Below, one piece after another: positions 9,646-17,987 of a stretch of DNA of 64,000 nt; positions within the stretch are counted from its first letter, which is position 1, and each line of letters begins with the position of its first letter. This DNA is from a virus (Duplodnaviria; Heunggongvirae; Uroviricota; Caudoviricetes), in the IMG/VR virus record IMGVR_UViG_3300024270_000011; one strand, 5' to 3'. Under the pieces are notes generated by a model. The model was not told the DNA's origin. It saw only the letters and a list, made by a program, of their open reading frames with translations, and searched no databases. Made by a program: the position numbers and the translations under genes.

Positions 9646-10440
9646 TCACTTAGACTCTGAAGCCACGAGCTCGCTCGCCTTCTTCGTCATAAGGTAAACC
9701 ATCATATCAGTGCCTACGCCACTGCTTCGCAGACCAAGAGCATAATCGGCAACAACTTTTCCCTTGTGTTTATATTTGAAGTCATCCCAGATTACTCTTG
9801 CAAGTACTTCAGAGATTCCGGCTTGTTCCATCAGCACTTTGTAGCGCTGGAAGTACCACTCATTCATTTCTTTTTTGTCGGCCATCCACTTGATGAAATC
9901 CAAATACTCTTCATCAGTAGTGACATAGTCCACATCGTAGAAATACTCACGAGCCTCTGCGACAGGAACTTCCTCGATGAACTTTACCGCTTTTGCAGCC
10001 ATCTTCATATAGGTCGGGCCCATATGGTACAGACTGTAGCCCCATTCCGGTCCATAGGGGTGTTCGCGCACCCACTCTTCAGCTTTTATCCATTCGCTTT
10101 TACGAATCAAAACTTCAACTCGGAAAAGGCGTCCATAATGATAAAACTGTCGCACGTACTGGGGTTTAGGGCAGAAATGAAATCCTTTAGAGCAGACATC
10201 TGGTTCTTCACCATCGGCAAGCTCGTAGGTCTGTCCAATCTCGAACTGAAATTCTCCGTATCCACGCATATAATAGTCGGTGGCTTTCCATCCGGGAACC
10301 CAAATCCATTCGTCCCCTTCATCCTCGATAAGTTTATCAACTTGTTTCTCATAAATCTCCTGTTGGTTCATAGTGCATGCAGCGAGCGCACGTTCTGTGT
10401 CGATCGCGCCTTGTGCCGCCTTTTTTATAAATCCGAACAT
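9646..10440 (-). CDS. Phage protein with FQFEIGQTY...CSKGFHFC domain
   Basis: Widespread phage motif of unknown function; AAGGAGG RBS. Confidence 0.75.
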   Translation of the reverse strand: MFGFIKKAAQGAIDTERALAACTMNQQEIYEKQVDKLIEDEGDEWIWVPGWKATDYYMRGYGEFQFEIGQTYELADGEEPDVCSKGFHFCPKPQYVRQFYHYGRLFRVEVLIRKSEWIKAEEWVREHPYGPEWGYSLYHMGPTYMKMAAKAVKFIEEVPVAEAREYFYDVDYVTTDEEYLDFIKWMADKKEMNEWYFQRYKVLMEQAGISEVLARVIWDDFKYKHKGKVVADYALGLRSSGVGTDMMVYLMTKKASELVASESK

Positions 10441-10453
10441 CGTGCGCTCCTCC

Positions 10454-10482
10454 TTGACTTTTTGTCGAAATTTTGGTATAAT
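10454..10482 (+). promoter_or_regulatory. Plus-strand sigmaA promoter, antisense to the surrounding operon
   Basis: TTGACT-N17-TATAAT with TG at -15/-14; overlaps the RBS of the 9646..10440 gene. Confidence 0.7.
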
Positions 10483-10524
10483 ATATGTAGGAAACTTCAG
10501 AAAGGACTGAAAATCGTGACAATT

Positions 10525-11004
10525 TTACTTTGGTTTCTTTTGGTTATACTTGGCGCAAGTACCGAAATCGCGTCTCGCGCAACCTTCGCCATCCCAGCAT
10601 TTGCACTCTGCCTTGCAGATTGCATCAATGCGCTCCGGGTTAACAATCTGCGTGCGGGCTCTCATATTGCCCTGTTGGATAGTCTTGATGACCGTAACCG
10701 GAATCTGTGGTTTATAAGATTCATCTGTCAGTTTACACTTGGTGAAACCGGTGCACATCACGCAGGTTCCAAACTTTTCGTTACAGGAAGGACACAGTTC
10801 AATGAACGAACCGTCTTCCGTTTGCTCCAAAATTGCGGGTCCAAGATACATTTGGCCGCAGTACGCGCAAGTCCCAAGCTGGTCCTCAGTTGTGTGTCTT
10901 GAGCAAAAGTCTTTATCAAGGTCGATTCTCATTCGGAGAAGCTGACATACAAGATTCTCAGGGTCGGCCAGGGCGCAAGTTCTACAAAATTTTTGAGTAT
11001 TCAT
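10525..11004 (-). CDS. Cys-rich (multi zinc-finger-like) protein
   Basis: 159 aa; CRTC, CAYC, CPSC, CVMC. Confidence 0.7.
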   Translation of the reverse strand: MNTQKFCRTCALADPENLVCQLLRMRIDLDKDFCSRHTTEDQLGTCAYCGQMYLGPAILEQTEDGSFIELCPSCNEKFGTCVMCTGFTKCKLTDESYKPQIPVTVIKTIQQGNMRARTQIVNPERIDAICKAECKCWDGEGCARRDFGTCAKYNQKKPK

Positions 11005-11096
11005 AGACTTGTACTCTCCTTTTATTTCTGTTAAAATTTTTCGGCATTTTTAAAGTTTGTCAATTTTTCGTGACGGAACGAAAATTGACGGCACCG

Positions 11097-11408
11097 TTAG
11101 GAAACTCTGCAATATACATATAGTGACGGATTAGGATATTTTGCTATGATGTCGGGTATTGCAGCGAGGATTTTTGCAAAGTCTTCGAAAGGCAATGCGA
11201 TTTCATCGGTATTCATCTCGTCAGACTCGCCGCAATCACAACCATACTGCTTTACACCGACAAAGTAATCTCCGCCGTAACCATAACAGTCGGTCTGAAT
11301 GCCGTATTCATCTTTGATTTCGTCGGGGAGTTCATCATATCGTCCCTGCTTCAGTTTCCAACCGTAAACAACACCTGCTGAATAATCTACTGACATATTA
11401 TCTACCAT
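11097..11408 (-). CDS. Hypothetical protein
   Basis: 103 aa after a class A promoter. Confidence 0.7.
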   Translation of the reverse strand: MVDNMSVDYSAGVVYGWKLKQGRYDELPDEIKDEYGIQTDCYGYGGDYFVGVKQYGCDCGESDEMNTDEIALPFEDFAKILAAIPDIIAKYPNPSLYVYCRVS

Positions 11409-11469
11409 CCTTTTACTTTATATATATATTATAACATATTATTTTGTAAAAATCAACTGCGGAGATTTT

Positions 11470-11585
11470 TGTTAAAATTTTGTACATCTTATTGAGTTGT
11501 TAAAATTTTGTACATCTCTATAATTGTTAAAAAAATGTGTTAAATTTTTAGACACCTTGATATTTTGTTAAAATTTTGTACATCT
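11470..11585 (+). repeat. Iteron-like direct repeats upstream of the Rep-like gene
   Basis: TGTTAAAATTTTGTACATCT at 11470, 11498 and 11566; variant TGTTAAATTTTTAGACACCT at 11538; partial at 11525. Confidence 0.9.
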
Positions 11586-11661
11586 ATATAAATGGGTAGA
11601 TTCTGTTAACCCATTAACAACTTTGTTCATATATTATGTATGGCAAAGGAGGAATAGTTGC

Positions 11662-12276
11662 ATGCTTGAAATGAAAAGGGACTCTCGTCAGGTCCCGAAG
11701 GTAAAACAGATTTGTGCTGATAAGAGATATTATGACATTCTCTATGCTCACCTTCAGTGCATTTCTTCTTATGACGAAAAGACTGGTGAGAGAACTGTTG
11801 GGAAGAAAGAGATTAACTTCTCAAAGTTATCTGCCATGTTTAATATGAGCCGTCAGACAGTTTCTAAGAAGTTTAACAATCTCGTAGATTTAGGGCTCGT
11901 CACGAAGAAAGACGAGAATTCGTTTTTAATTCTACCTTTGGCGAATGATATCGCTTCACTCGTGCCATATAAGACTTTGAAACTGATTACTGATACATTA
12001 AGTGAGCACAGTATTAATACATATGTGTATCTATTTAATAGATACTATGCAACTGGTTGTAAAGCATTCCAGTTCACATTGGCTCAAGTGAAAGAGAATA
12101 TTGGAATTTGTTCTACAACAAGAAGTAACGATGATACTATTACGAATATTCTTTATGTATTGGAGAAATTGGGACTGATTAAATACCATATGACTACAAA
12201 GGAACAGGACGATACTTCATTTAAGAATATCAAGACAATCTATGAATTAGAATGGCTTACGAATGAGATTTGTTAA
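11662..12276 (+). CDS. Tandem winged-helix DNA-binding protein, putative replication initiator or regulator
   Basis: 204 aa; INFSKLSAMFNMSRQTVSKKFNNLVDLGLV and FTLAQVKENIG...ILYVLEKLGLI wHTH pair; AAAGGAGG RBS. Confidence 0.65.
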   Translation: MLEMKRDSRQVPKVKQICADKRYYDILYAHLQCISSYDEKTGERTVGKKEINFSKLSAMFNMSRQTVSKKFNNLVDLGLVTKKDENSFLILPLANDIASLVPYKTLKLITDTLSEHSINTYVYLFNRYYATGCKAFQFTLAQVKENIGICSTTRSNDDTITNILYVLEKLGLIKYHMTTKEQDDTSFKNIKTIYELEWLTNEIC

Positions 12277-12395
12277 AAATTTAGACACCTATATAAAAGT
12301 GTTAAAATTTTGTACATCTAAGCAATGTGTTAAAAATTTTCGGCAATAGTTGTTAAAAATTTTCGGCAAAATCGGCATTTTTGTTAAAAAAATAG
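12271..12395 (+). repeat. Iteron-like direct repeats downstream of the Rep-like gene
   Basis: TGTTAAAAATTTAGACACCT at 12271 (overlaps the stop), TGTTAAAATTTTGTACATCT at 12300, TGTTAAAAATTTTCGGCA at 12328 and 12351; a related copy also at 11029. Confidence 0.9.
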
Positions 12396-12521
12396 TATCC
12401 TATTAAATAATAATAGAGAGTGGCTCAATAGTGGGGAAGGATTAAAAATCCTTCGGACCTTCGGTCCTCAGGCTTTTATAATCCTTCCTTAGCGAGCTCG
12501 TTTCGCGTGGGAGGATCGGCG

Positions 12522-12737
12522 ATGCAAGTTAAGTTTAAATGGGGAACAAAGGAACAGATTTTAGACCTTATGAAAGTAAGACCAAGTATTACTGAAGCCG
12601 AGGTATACTTTGATAAGGAAGATGGTAGCCTTTATGTTGTATCTTTCAAAAGGAAAAATGAAAATCCTGTCGGATTTTCTACAAAAACTTCGTTTGAAGA
12701 TTATATATATCAACAGTTAAATGAAATTGAAAACTGA
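12522..12737 (+). CDS. Hypothetical protein
   Basis: 71 aa, GGGAGG RBS. Confidence 0.6.
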   Translation: MQVKFKWGTKEQILDLMKVRPSITEAEVYFDKEDGSLYVVSFKRKNENPVGFSTKTSFEDYIYQQLNEIEN

Positions 12738-12751
12738 ATTGAAAAATCGGT

Positions 12752-12780
12752 TTGATTTTCAAATGAAAATATGATATAAT
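12752..12780 (+). promoter_or_regulatory. sigmaA promoter (class A-like)
   Basis: TTGATT-N17-TATAAT embedded in TGAAAA repeats. Confidence 0.75.
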
Positions 12781-12862
12781 ATAAGTAAAGAAATAGAAAA
12801 ATGAATTGAAAATTCATTCCCATTTCGAAAAATGAAATGAAAAAAACGAAAGGAAAAATGAG

Positions 12863-13285
12863 ATGGAACATATTGGTAAGTATAAAGGATATAATGTATA
12901 TAAGACTCCAAAGAGTGAGATGAAGAAAGACCAGGAAAAAGGAGTGCTTTACGCAGTTGCTGAGACTGGTGAACTGATTCTTAATGGAGAAGTTGTTGGT
13001 AAGGTGGCGTTTGCGTCTGGCTCTGTTACTGAGTATGATGACCATCGTTGTTATGCTTATAAATATCCAGTTGAACGCGAAGCGGTCAAGACTTATAAAT
13101 ATGAAGATAATGTACCAGTAAGTAAGCCTGGTAGGGGTAAGCGCAGAGAAGTTGCAGTTGATGATGTGTTGAAGAGCACGGTTGTTGACCCTACAGATTT
13201 AGATAAGATGATTAATGATTTCATCATTGCCGCACGTAATATGGAGATTACCGATTTAGTTGGTGAGTTTAAGGCCGAGGTTTAA
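12863..13285 (+). CDS. Hypothetical protein
   Basis: 140 aa; followed by AACCCTCGGC-TTTTT terminator. Confidence 0.75.
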   Translation: MEHIGKYKGYNVYKTPKSEMKKDQEKGVLYAVAETGELILNGEVVGKVAFASGSVTEYDDHRCYAYKYPVEREAVKTYKYEDNVPVSKPGRGKRREVAVDDVLKSTVVDPTDLDKMINDFIIAARNMEITDLVGEFKAEV

Positions 13286-13552
13286 CCCTCGGCTTTTTCT
13301 TTTGCTCTTGGTTATGAATGGTGAAAATCCAGTAAAATCCAGTGGAAGTGGTGGCCGATCGGCCCGCGACATGCTGATCAAAATTCCATCGTCACCGTCT
13401 TCGTTACCCTGTGCGTTTAAATTCTTAAACGCACATATAATATAAAAAGGCCCTCTCCATTTCTGGAGAGAGCCTCTTCTTTTTTGCCTCTTGGGCTATG
13501 TTCTTGTTCAGTCTACGGAGCAAATTTTTAGTCCAGTGAGGACGACTTCACC

Positions 13553-13996
13553 TTAAGCCAAACCGTTGGCTTTTAGAAATGCTCCAAGCGCATCTACATT
13601 AGGCTCAATCTTGCCGCCTACAGGTGCCTTAGGAGCGTGATCTGCATGGTCCATGATACCTTTCAGCATCTTCTCAAACTCTTTGAGCTTGCGCACCTCG
13701 GCATCAAGCTGCTCGAAAGCGGCGTCAATCATTTCAACAATCTCAGCTGCATCGATCTCCTGATCAGCGATTGCCTCGGCGACAGCAGAACCAGCGTGGA
13801 ACTCGAGGATGTAATCTTTAATGAGCGCGCCAATTTCCTCAATGTACTCGGCCTTAGCCTTTGCAGTGCTTGCCTTTTCCTGCTCAGCGGCGAACTCGGC
13901 ATTAGCTGCGTTGAGTGCGTCTACCAGCTCCTGGGCAATAACATCTGCGCTCTCACCAGCCTGCAGTCTGGCAAGAATATCTTTCTGATTTACCAT
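13553..13996 (-). CDS. Ala/Glu-rich helical hypothetical protein
   Basis: 147 aa behind three stacked promoters. Confidence 0.75.
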   Translation of the reverse strand: MVNQKDILARLQAGESADVIAQELVDALNAANAEFAAEQEKASTAKAKAEYIEEIGALIKDYILEFHAGSAVAEAIADQEIDAAEIVEMIDAAFEQLDAEVRKLKEFEKMLKGIMDHADHAPKAPVGGKIEPNVDALGAFLKANGLA

Positions 13997-14134
13997 AGGT
14001 AATTACCTCTCTTTCATATCTTATGTATATATTATACCATATTTTTTTATAAAAATCAAATGCGGTCGGTGCGCGTCCCGATCGGCAATGACTCCTTTTT
14101 TTATATTATATCAAATTTAATTCAAAATGTCAAA

Positions 14135-14395
14135 TTTTTCTCGGGCTGAACACAAACTCGTGAGAAGATGTAAACGCGGCGATATGAGCCCGAAACCAGG
14201 CATTTTGAATTAAGATTTTGCGGCCAGGATGGTCATATGGTGCGAACCGATCGGGAAAACAAGAACCGATCGGCGGCCGGGTTTTACGGGAAATTGAACG
14301 CATATGGAAGGGCCGCACTTTCCACCGAAAAAATCGCATATGGGGGTACCGATCGGAAATTCGGTACCTGGCCTCCGTCCAGGGCCCGCTCTACC
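14135..14395 (-). ncRNA. Candidate structured ncRNA or structured DNA element with CCGATCGG and CATATGG repeats
   Basis: Lies between two promoters, no RBS-led ORF, GC-rich, multiple hairpins (TCGGGCT/AGCCCGA, GGTACCGA/TCGGTACC). Confidence 0.45.
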
Positions 14396-14467
14396 TACTA
14401 TTATTATACCATACCCGGGCGCACTTGTCAAGTGTTTTTTGAAACAAAAATAAAAAATCCGAGGTTT

Positions 14468-14734
14468 TTACACCTCGGACGCAGGGGAATAAAAGGAATG
14501 GTTTTCACAGCAGTTACAGCAAGCCACCTTGTCGGTCGTATCTTGGTCGGCATTGTGGCAAGTAGAACAACCTCGGCACTCATCGTGACAGATGTAATCA
14601 TCATCGGGGTCCCAGAAGACAGCGAAGTCGTCGCACTCATTCATAGGGTCATCCAGTGTACACTGGCAGGGGATGGGACTGTCGCTGTAGTAAGGACAGT
14701 CCCAACCATTCATAGGGCAGTGGATGTGAGCCAT
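14468..14734 (-). CDS. Small Cys/Asp-rich protein
   Basis: 88 aa, Cys-rich. Confidence 0.7.
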   Translation of the reverse strand: MAHIHCPMNGWDCPYYSDSPIPCQCTLDDPMNECDDFAVFWDPDDDYICHDECRGCSTCHNADQDTTDKVACCNCCENHSFYSPASEV

Positions 14735-14982
14735 TACTGCTTACCCCCACAAATCGCCATGATGTTCGCCATCACTTCCATCATAGCCAGACCTGCTTCG
14801 ATTTCCTGCTTTTCACCATAGGAAATGTGGTCGATAGTGACAGTACCCTCAACGAGGTCAACAGTCATGCCAGACGCATAGCGAATTTCACCAGTCGCAT
14901 CATTCACAAGGATAACTTCCTTGTCACCATGGTCAGCCATAACCTCAGACAGCATTGCAATCATCTCAGAAATCTTCATCAT
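14734..14982 (-). CDS. Hypothetical protein
   Basis: 82 aa, own promoter and RBS. Confidence 0.75.
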   Translation of the reverse strand: MMKISEMIAMLSEVMADHGDKEVILVNDATGEIRYASGMTVDLVEGTVTIDHISYGEKQEIEAGLAMMEVMANIMAICGGKQ

Positions 14983-15040
14983 AGTATCTACCTCTTTCTT
15001 TGTTTTGTTGTATTTATTATAGCATACTTTGTGGGGTTTG

Positions 15041-15241
15041 TCAAGGGGTTTCAGAAATTATTTTCCAAAATGTTTGTTGCCATTCTTCCCACATCGGAAT
15101 GAGCATTTCTTCATCTTGGGGGTTCAACTCACAATGGTAAACCAGTGCCCCATAGGCTTGTGCTTCAAACACGCTCGCAGAAACAGGGCGCTGTTCAGCA
15201 AGTTGTAATCGTGATAGTACAAACTTCGTAACTTGTTCCAT
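15041..15241 (-). CDS. Hypothetical protein
   Basis: 66 aa from ATG 15241, GAGGG RBS. Confidence 0.7.
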   Translation of the reverse strand: MEQVTKFVLSRLQLAEQRPVSASVFEAQAYGALVYHCELNPQDEEMLIPMWEEWQQTFWKIISETP

Positions 15242-15266
15242 TTTGTTTCCCTCACTTTCTATACAT

Positions 15267-15395
15267 AGTATACACCATTTCGGGAGAAATGTCAACAGGT
15301 AATTTTGCACAATTTTCGCTCCAAAACTTTGTGGAATCTGCTAATTGACGAAATTCCGGCCCGCCGCAGGCGAAAACGGCCGGTTTTTGTGCAAA
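15267..15395. repeat. TGCACAA/TTTGTGCA back-to-back promoter cassette, copy 1 (plus-strand -10 missing)
   Basis: Minus TATACT promoter, boxes, TTGACG, GC hairpin. Confidence 0.75.
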
Positions 15396-15429
15396 ATGAC
15401 GAAAAAATCGCCCTTTTGGGGCGATTTTT

Positions 15430-15807
15430 CTACTTTTTCGGCTTTCTTTTCTGCACAAGGGTCAATTCATAGTCATTTTCACCAACTTTGAAGGCGATTT
15501 GGCGCTCTTTATTGGTGATTTCGACCATTTCGTAGCCTTTTTCGCTCAAAAATGCCGAAATTTCTGCAATTATCTGCGATTTTGTCGCATTTTCCTTGCG
15601 AACTGGCGCTTTTCGTGGGGTTTTCACAGTTTTTTCGCCCACATTTGCGTACTTCTTGGCGGCTTTCTCTTCTTCTTTGGAAAGGTCGAAGGACATTCGC
15701 TCGCCCCTGTCGATTGCCTTATCGTCTGCGATGACTTGCAGAGCCTCTTCTTCGCTGATACCCAAATTTTTCATCAGCTTTGCAACCTGTTCTGTCATAG
15801 TTATCAA
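15430..15807 (-). CDS. Hypothetical protein, paralog of 20039..20425
   Basis: LGISEEEALQVIADDKAIDRG vs LGISREEAEQLVADDEAIDKG. Confidence 0.8.
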   Translation of the reverse strand: MITMTEQVAKLMKNLGISEEEALQVIADDKAIDRGERMSFDLSKEEEKAAKKYANVGEKTVKTPRKAPVRKENATKSQIIAEISAFLSEKGYEMVEITNKERQIAFKVGENDYELTLVQKRKPKK

Positions 15808-15921
15808 CTCCTTTACTGTACCCTTATTATAGCACAGTTAAGGCTATCTGTCAAGGGGTTTTGCAAAATTTTTTTCTACCGCCCTTTTAGGGGAGGGGGC
15901 ATTTCTGCCCCCTTGGGGGAG

Positions 15922-16281
15922 TTAGGCTACTTTGGAGAAGTAAGCCTTTCTCTTTTCCTCTGTTCTCTCAACAGAGCCATCAGTTACCAACTGTCTGACA
16001 AGGGCAGACACTCTCTGATTGGACAACTCTGCACACGCAGGCACAGACTTCATCAAATCTGTGATAGTGTACTTCTTGCCGACTTCCATACCTTCAAGGA
16101 TTTCAGCCTTGATGCCTTCGTTGGCAACCTGTACAGCAGTAGGTTTCTTTTCAGCAGAGTTTTTCTTTGCGAGCAATTCCAACTCGTGGTCGATGAACGC
16201 AATCTCGTCTGCGTTCAAGGCATAGTTTGCCTTAATCTGTTCAAACATTTCTCTCTTAGTCATCTTCTTAGTATTAGCCAT
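15922..16281 (-). CDS. 119-aa winged-helix protein, copy 1
   Basis: YTITDLMK...LSNQRVSALVRQLVTDGSVERTEEKRKAYF wHTH. Confidence 0.85.
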   Translation of the reverse strand: MANTKKMTKREMFEQIKANYALNADEIAFIDHELELLAKKNSAEKKPTAVQVANEGIKAEILEGMEVGKKYTITDLMKSVPACAELSNQRVSALVRQLVTDGSVERTEEKRKAYFSKVA

Positions 16282-16531
16282 AGTATCAATTCCTTTCTGG
16301 TTTGTTGGGTTTTCCTTCCCTTTGATGATTTAATTATATCATAGGTTGAGCGATTTGTCAAGAGGTTTTTTGAAGTTTTTTTATTTTTTTTCTCAACTCT
16401 CTGTTGACTTCTCTCTCCCTTTGATGTATTCATTATAGCACATCTTGGGGGATTTGTCAAGAGGTTTTTTGAAATTTCTTAAAAACTTTTTTTGACCTCT
16501 ATCAATTCGGCTCTCCCTTACTGACAATAAT

Positions 16532-16702
16532 AGTATACCACAGACCAAGAGAAAATACAAGTGTCAAAATGCACAAATTTTAGGAAAATTATTTTTTATT
16601 TTTTGTGCAACTTTTCTCTTGACAAAATTTGCGGCCGGTGGTATAATGGAAAATTCCGGTCACGCTGGCCGTGACCGGGCCGGCGCTTTGTGCAAAATGC
16701 AC
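16532..16702. repeat. Back-to-back promoter cassette, copy 2 (both promoters intact)
   Basis: Plus TTGACA 16619, N17, TATAAT 16642; boxes 9 nt from each -35; hairpin CCGGTCACG/CGTGACCGG. Confidence 0.9.
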
Positions 16703-16782
16703 AAAACCCCCAGGGGAGCGAATCACCCCAGGGGTCAAGTGAAAATTGAGAGAGGGGAGGGAGGGGCTTGCGCCCCTTGCCC

Positions 16783-17142
16783 TTAGTCCACCTTGGAGAA
16801 GTAAGCCTTGCGCTTCTCCTCAGTGCGCTCCACAGAACCCTCAGTAACCAGCTGGCGCACCAGTGCGCTCACTCGCTGATTGGAGAGGTCAGCGCACGCA
16901 TCGACACTCTTCATGAGGTCAGTAATGGTGTACTTCTTGCCACTCTCCATGGCTTCGAGGATGTCAGCCTTGATACCCTCATTTGCGACCTGAACCGCAG
17001 TCGGCTTCTTCTCTGCGGAGTTCTTCTTTGCCAGAAGCTCCAGCTCATGCTCAACGAAAGCCTTTTCGTCAGCAGTGAGGTTGTAGTTTGCCATAATCTG
17101 GCGGAAGTAGTCAGCCTTAGTCATCTTCTTAACATTTGCCAT
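16783..17142 (-). CDS. 119-aa winged-helix protein, copy 2
   Basis: Near-identical C-terminal two thirds to copies 1 and 3. Confidence 0.85.
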   Translation of the reverse strand: MANVKKMTKADYFRQIMANYNLTADEKAFVEHELELLAKKNSAEKKPTAVQVANEGIKADILEAMESGKKYTITDLMKSVDACADLSNQRVSALVRQLVTEGSVERTEEKRKAYFSKVD

Positions 17143-17282
17143 AGTATCGTCTCCATTTCTCGCTATTGGTTGCGACCCTTTTTGAAGTTTCGTTCCTCTC
17201 TTGGAACATCTTAATTATACCACATGGGGTTTGATTTGTCAAGAGGTTTTCGAAAAAAATTCGCGACTTTTTTTCTTATCTT

Positions 17283-17466
17283 CGCTACTCGCCCACTTCT
17301 CAGCCTTGTTGCTGGCCCAGCCCTAAGTCTACCCTCACCACGCAATCGCTTTGCCACGCTCTGTGGGGGCTACTGGGATTCGTGTATCCTTTGGGTTTCA
17401 GTTCGCTTCGTGTCTGTTTCCACTGTCCTTGGTGGCTTTCGCTGTCAAGGTTCCCCTCTTGACTGT
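17283..17466 (-). ncRNA. Candidate ~185-nt multi-hairpin ncRNA
   Basis: Starts right after promoter 17494/17471; stems GTCAAG/CTTGAC, CCAC/GTGG, ACTG/CAGT enclosing GGAT/ATCC, AGCCC/GGGCT, GCAA/TTGC, CAGC/GCTG; no RBS-led ORF. Confidence 0.6.
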
Positions 17467-17524
17467 AATCATTATACCACACTTTGCGGTATTTGTCAAG
17501 ACCTTTTTTCAAGATTCTTGACTT

Positions 17525-17706
17525 TTTTGTGTGAGGTATTGTATCGCGCATAATCCCCTATTACTTCAACCTCTGGGGCACTGGTTCACACTTGTATACC
17601 GCAAACGCGAACACCTTGCGGTCAGAAGCAAGAGCCTTGGCTCAAGGGGGAAGTCTTACATCGCTCTCGTGGGCTTCCCTCTTCGGGTCGCTTCCCTTAA
17701 CTTCTG
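17525..17706 (-). ncRNA. Candidate ~180-nt structured ncRNA
   Basis: Starts after promoter 17735/17712; GGGAAG/CTTCCC, CCC-GAAGA-GGG, GAGC-CAAG-GCTC, ACC-GCAA-GGT (GNRA), CCCC/GGGG; no RBS-led ORF. Confidence 0.55.
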
Positions 17707-17808
17707 TATTTATTATAGCACACTCGGCGCTATTTGTCAAGAGGTTTTTTAACTTTTTTCAAAGTTTTTTTGAGCTCCTCTTGGGTGCTCCCCTCACCTG
17801 ACATAGAT

Positions 17809-17960
17809 AGTATACCACATCCAGAAGCAGATTGCAATAGACAGAATGCACAAATTACAGGATTTTTATTTCTCGATCTTTGTGCACATTTTCTCTTGAC
17901 AAAAATGCCGGGGTATGGTATAATGGTAAATTCCGCGCGCTACGTTCGTGCGCGCGGCGC
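17809..17960. repeat. Back-to-back promoter cassette, copy 3 (both promoters intact)
   Basis: Plus TTGACA 17896, TATAAT 17919; hairpin CCGCGCGC/GTGCGCGG-like. Confidence 0.9.
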
Positions 17961-17987
17961 TGAAATCTCAAACAAAAAAGCGAGGGA

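Larger units (their letters stand above)
2009..14059 (-). promoter_or_regulatory. Class A promoter repeat, 8 copies: TTGATT-N17-TATAAT-ATATATGTAAG, most immediately downstream of a terminator
   Basis: -10/-35 at 2009/2032, 3684/3707, 3802/3825, 6198/6221, 7397/7420, 9577/9600, 11428/11451 and 14031/14054; spacers are near-identical (TTTTATAAAAAAATATG); hairpin terminators at 3714, 3832, 6228, 7427 and 9607. Confidence 0.9.

Noticed and set aside
11470-12395. Iteron repeats as a CRISPR array
   Set aside because: Repeats are 18-20 nt with irregular gaps of 3-20 nt, non-palindromic and split by a gene; no cas genes
16686-16704. TTGTGCA-AAA-TGCACAA as a Rex operator
   Set aside because: Spacing is 3 nt rather than 4, the half-site differs, and the other copies have the opposite arrangement with variable spacing
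17310-17345. Pistol ribozyme-like words (CGTGGTGAGGG on minus, AGCCCTAAG on plus)
   Set aside because: The two fragments are on opposite strands and the P1/pseudoknot pairing cannot be built
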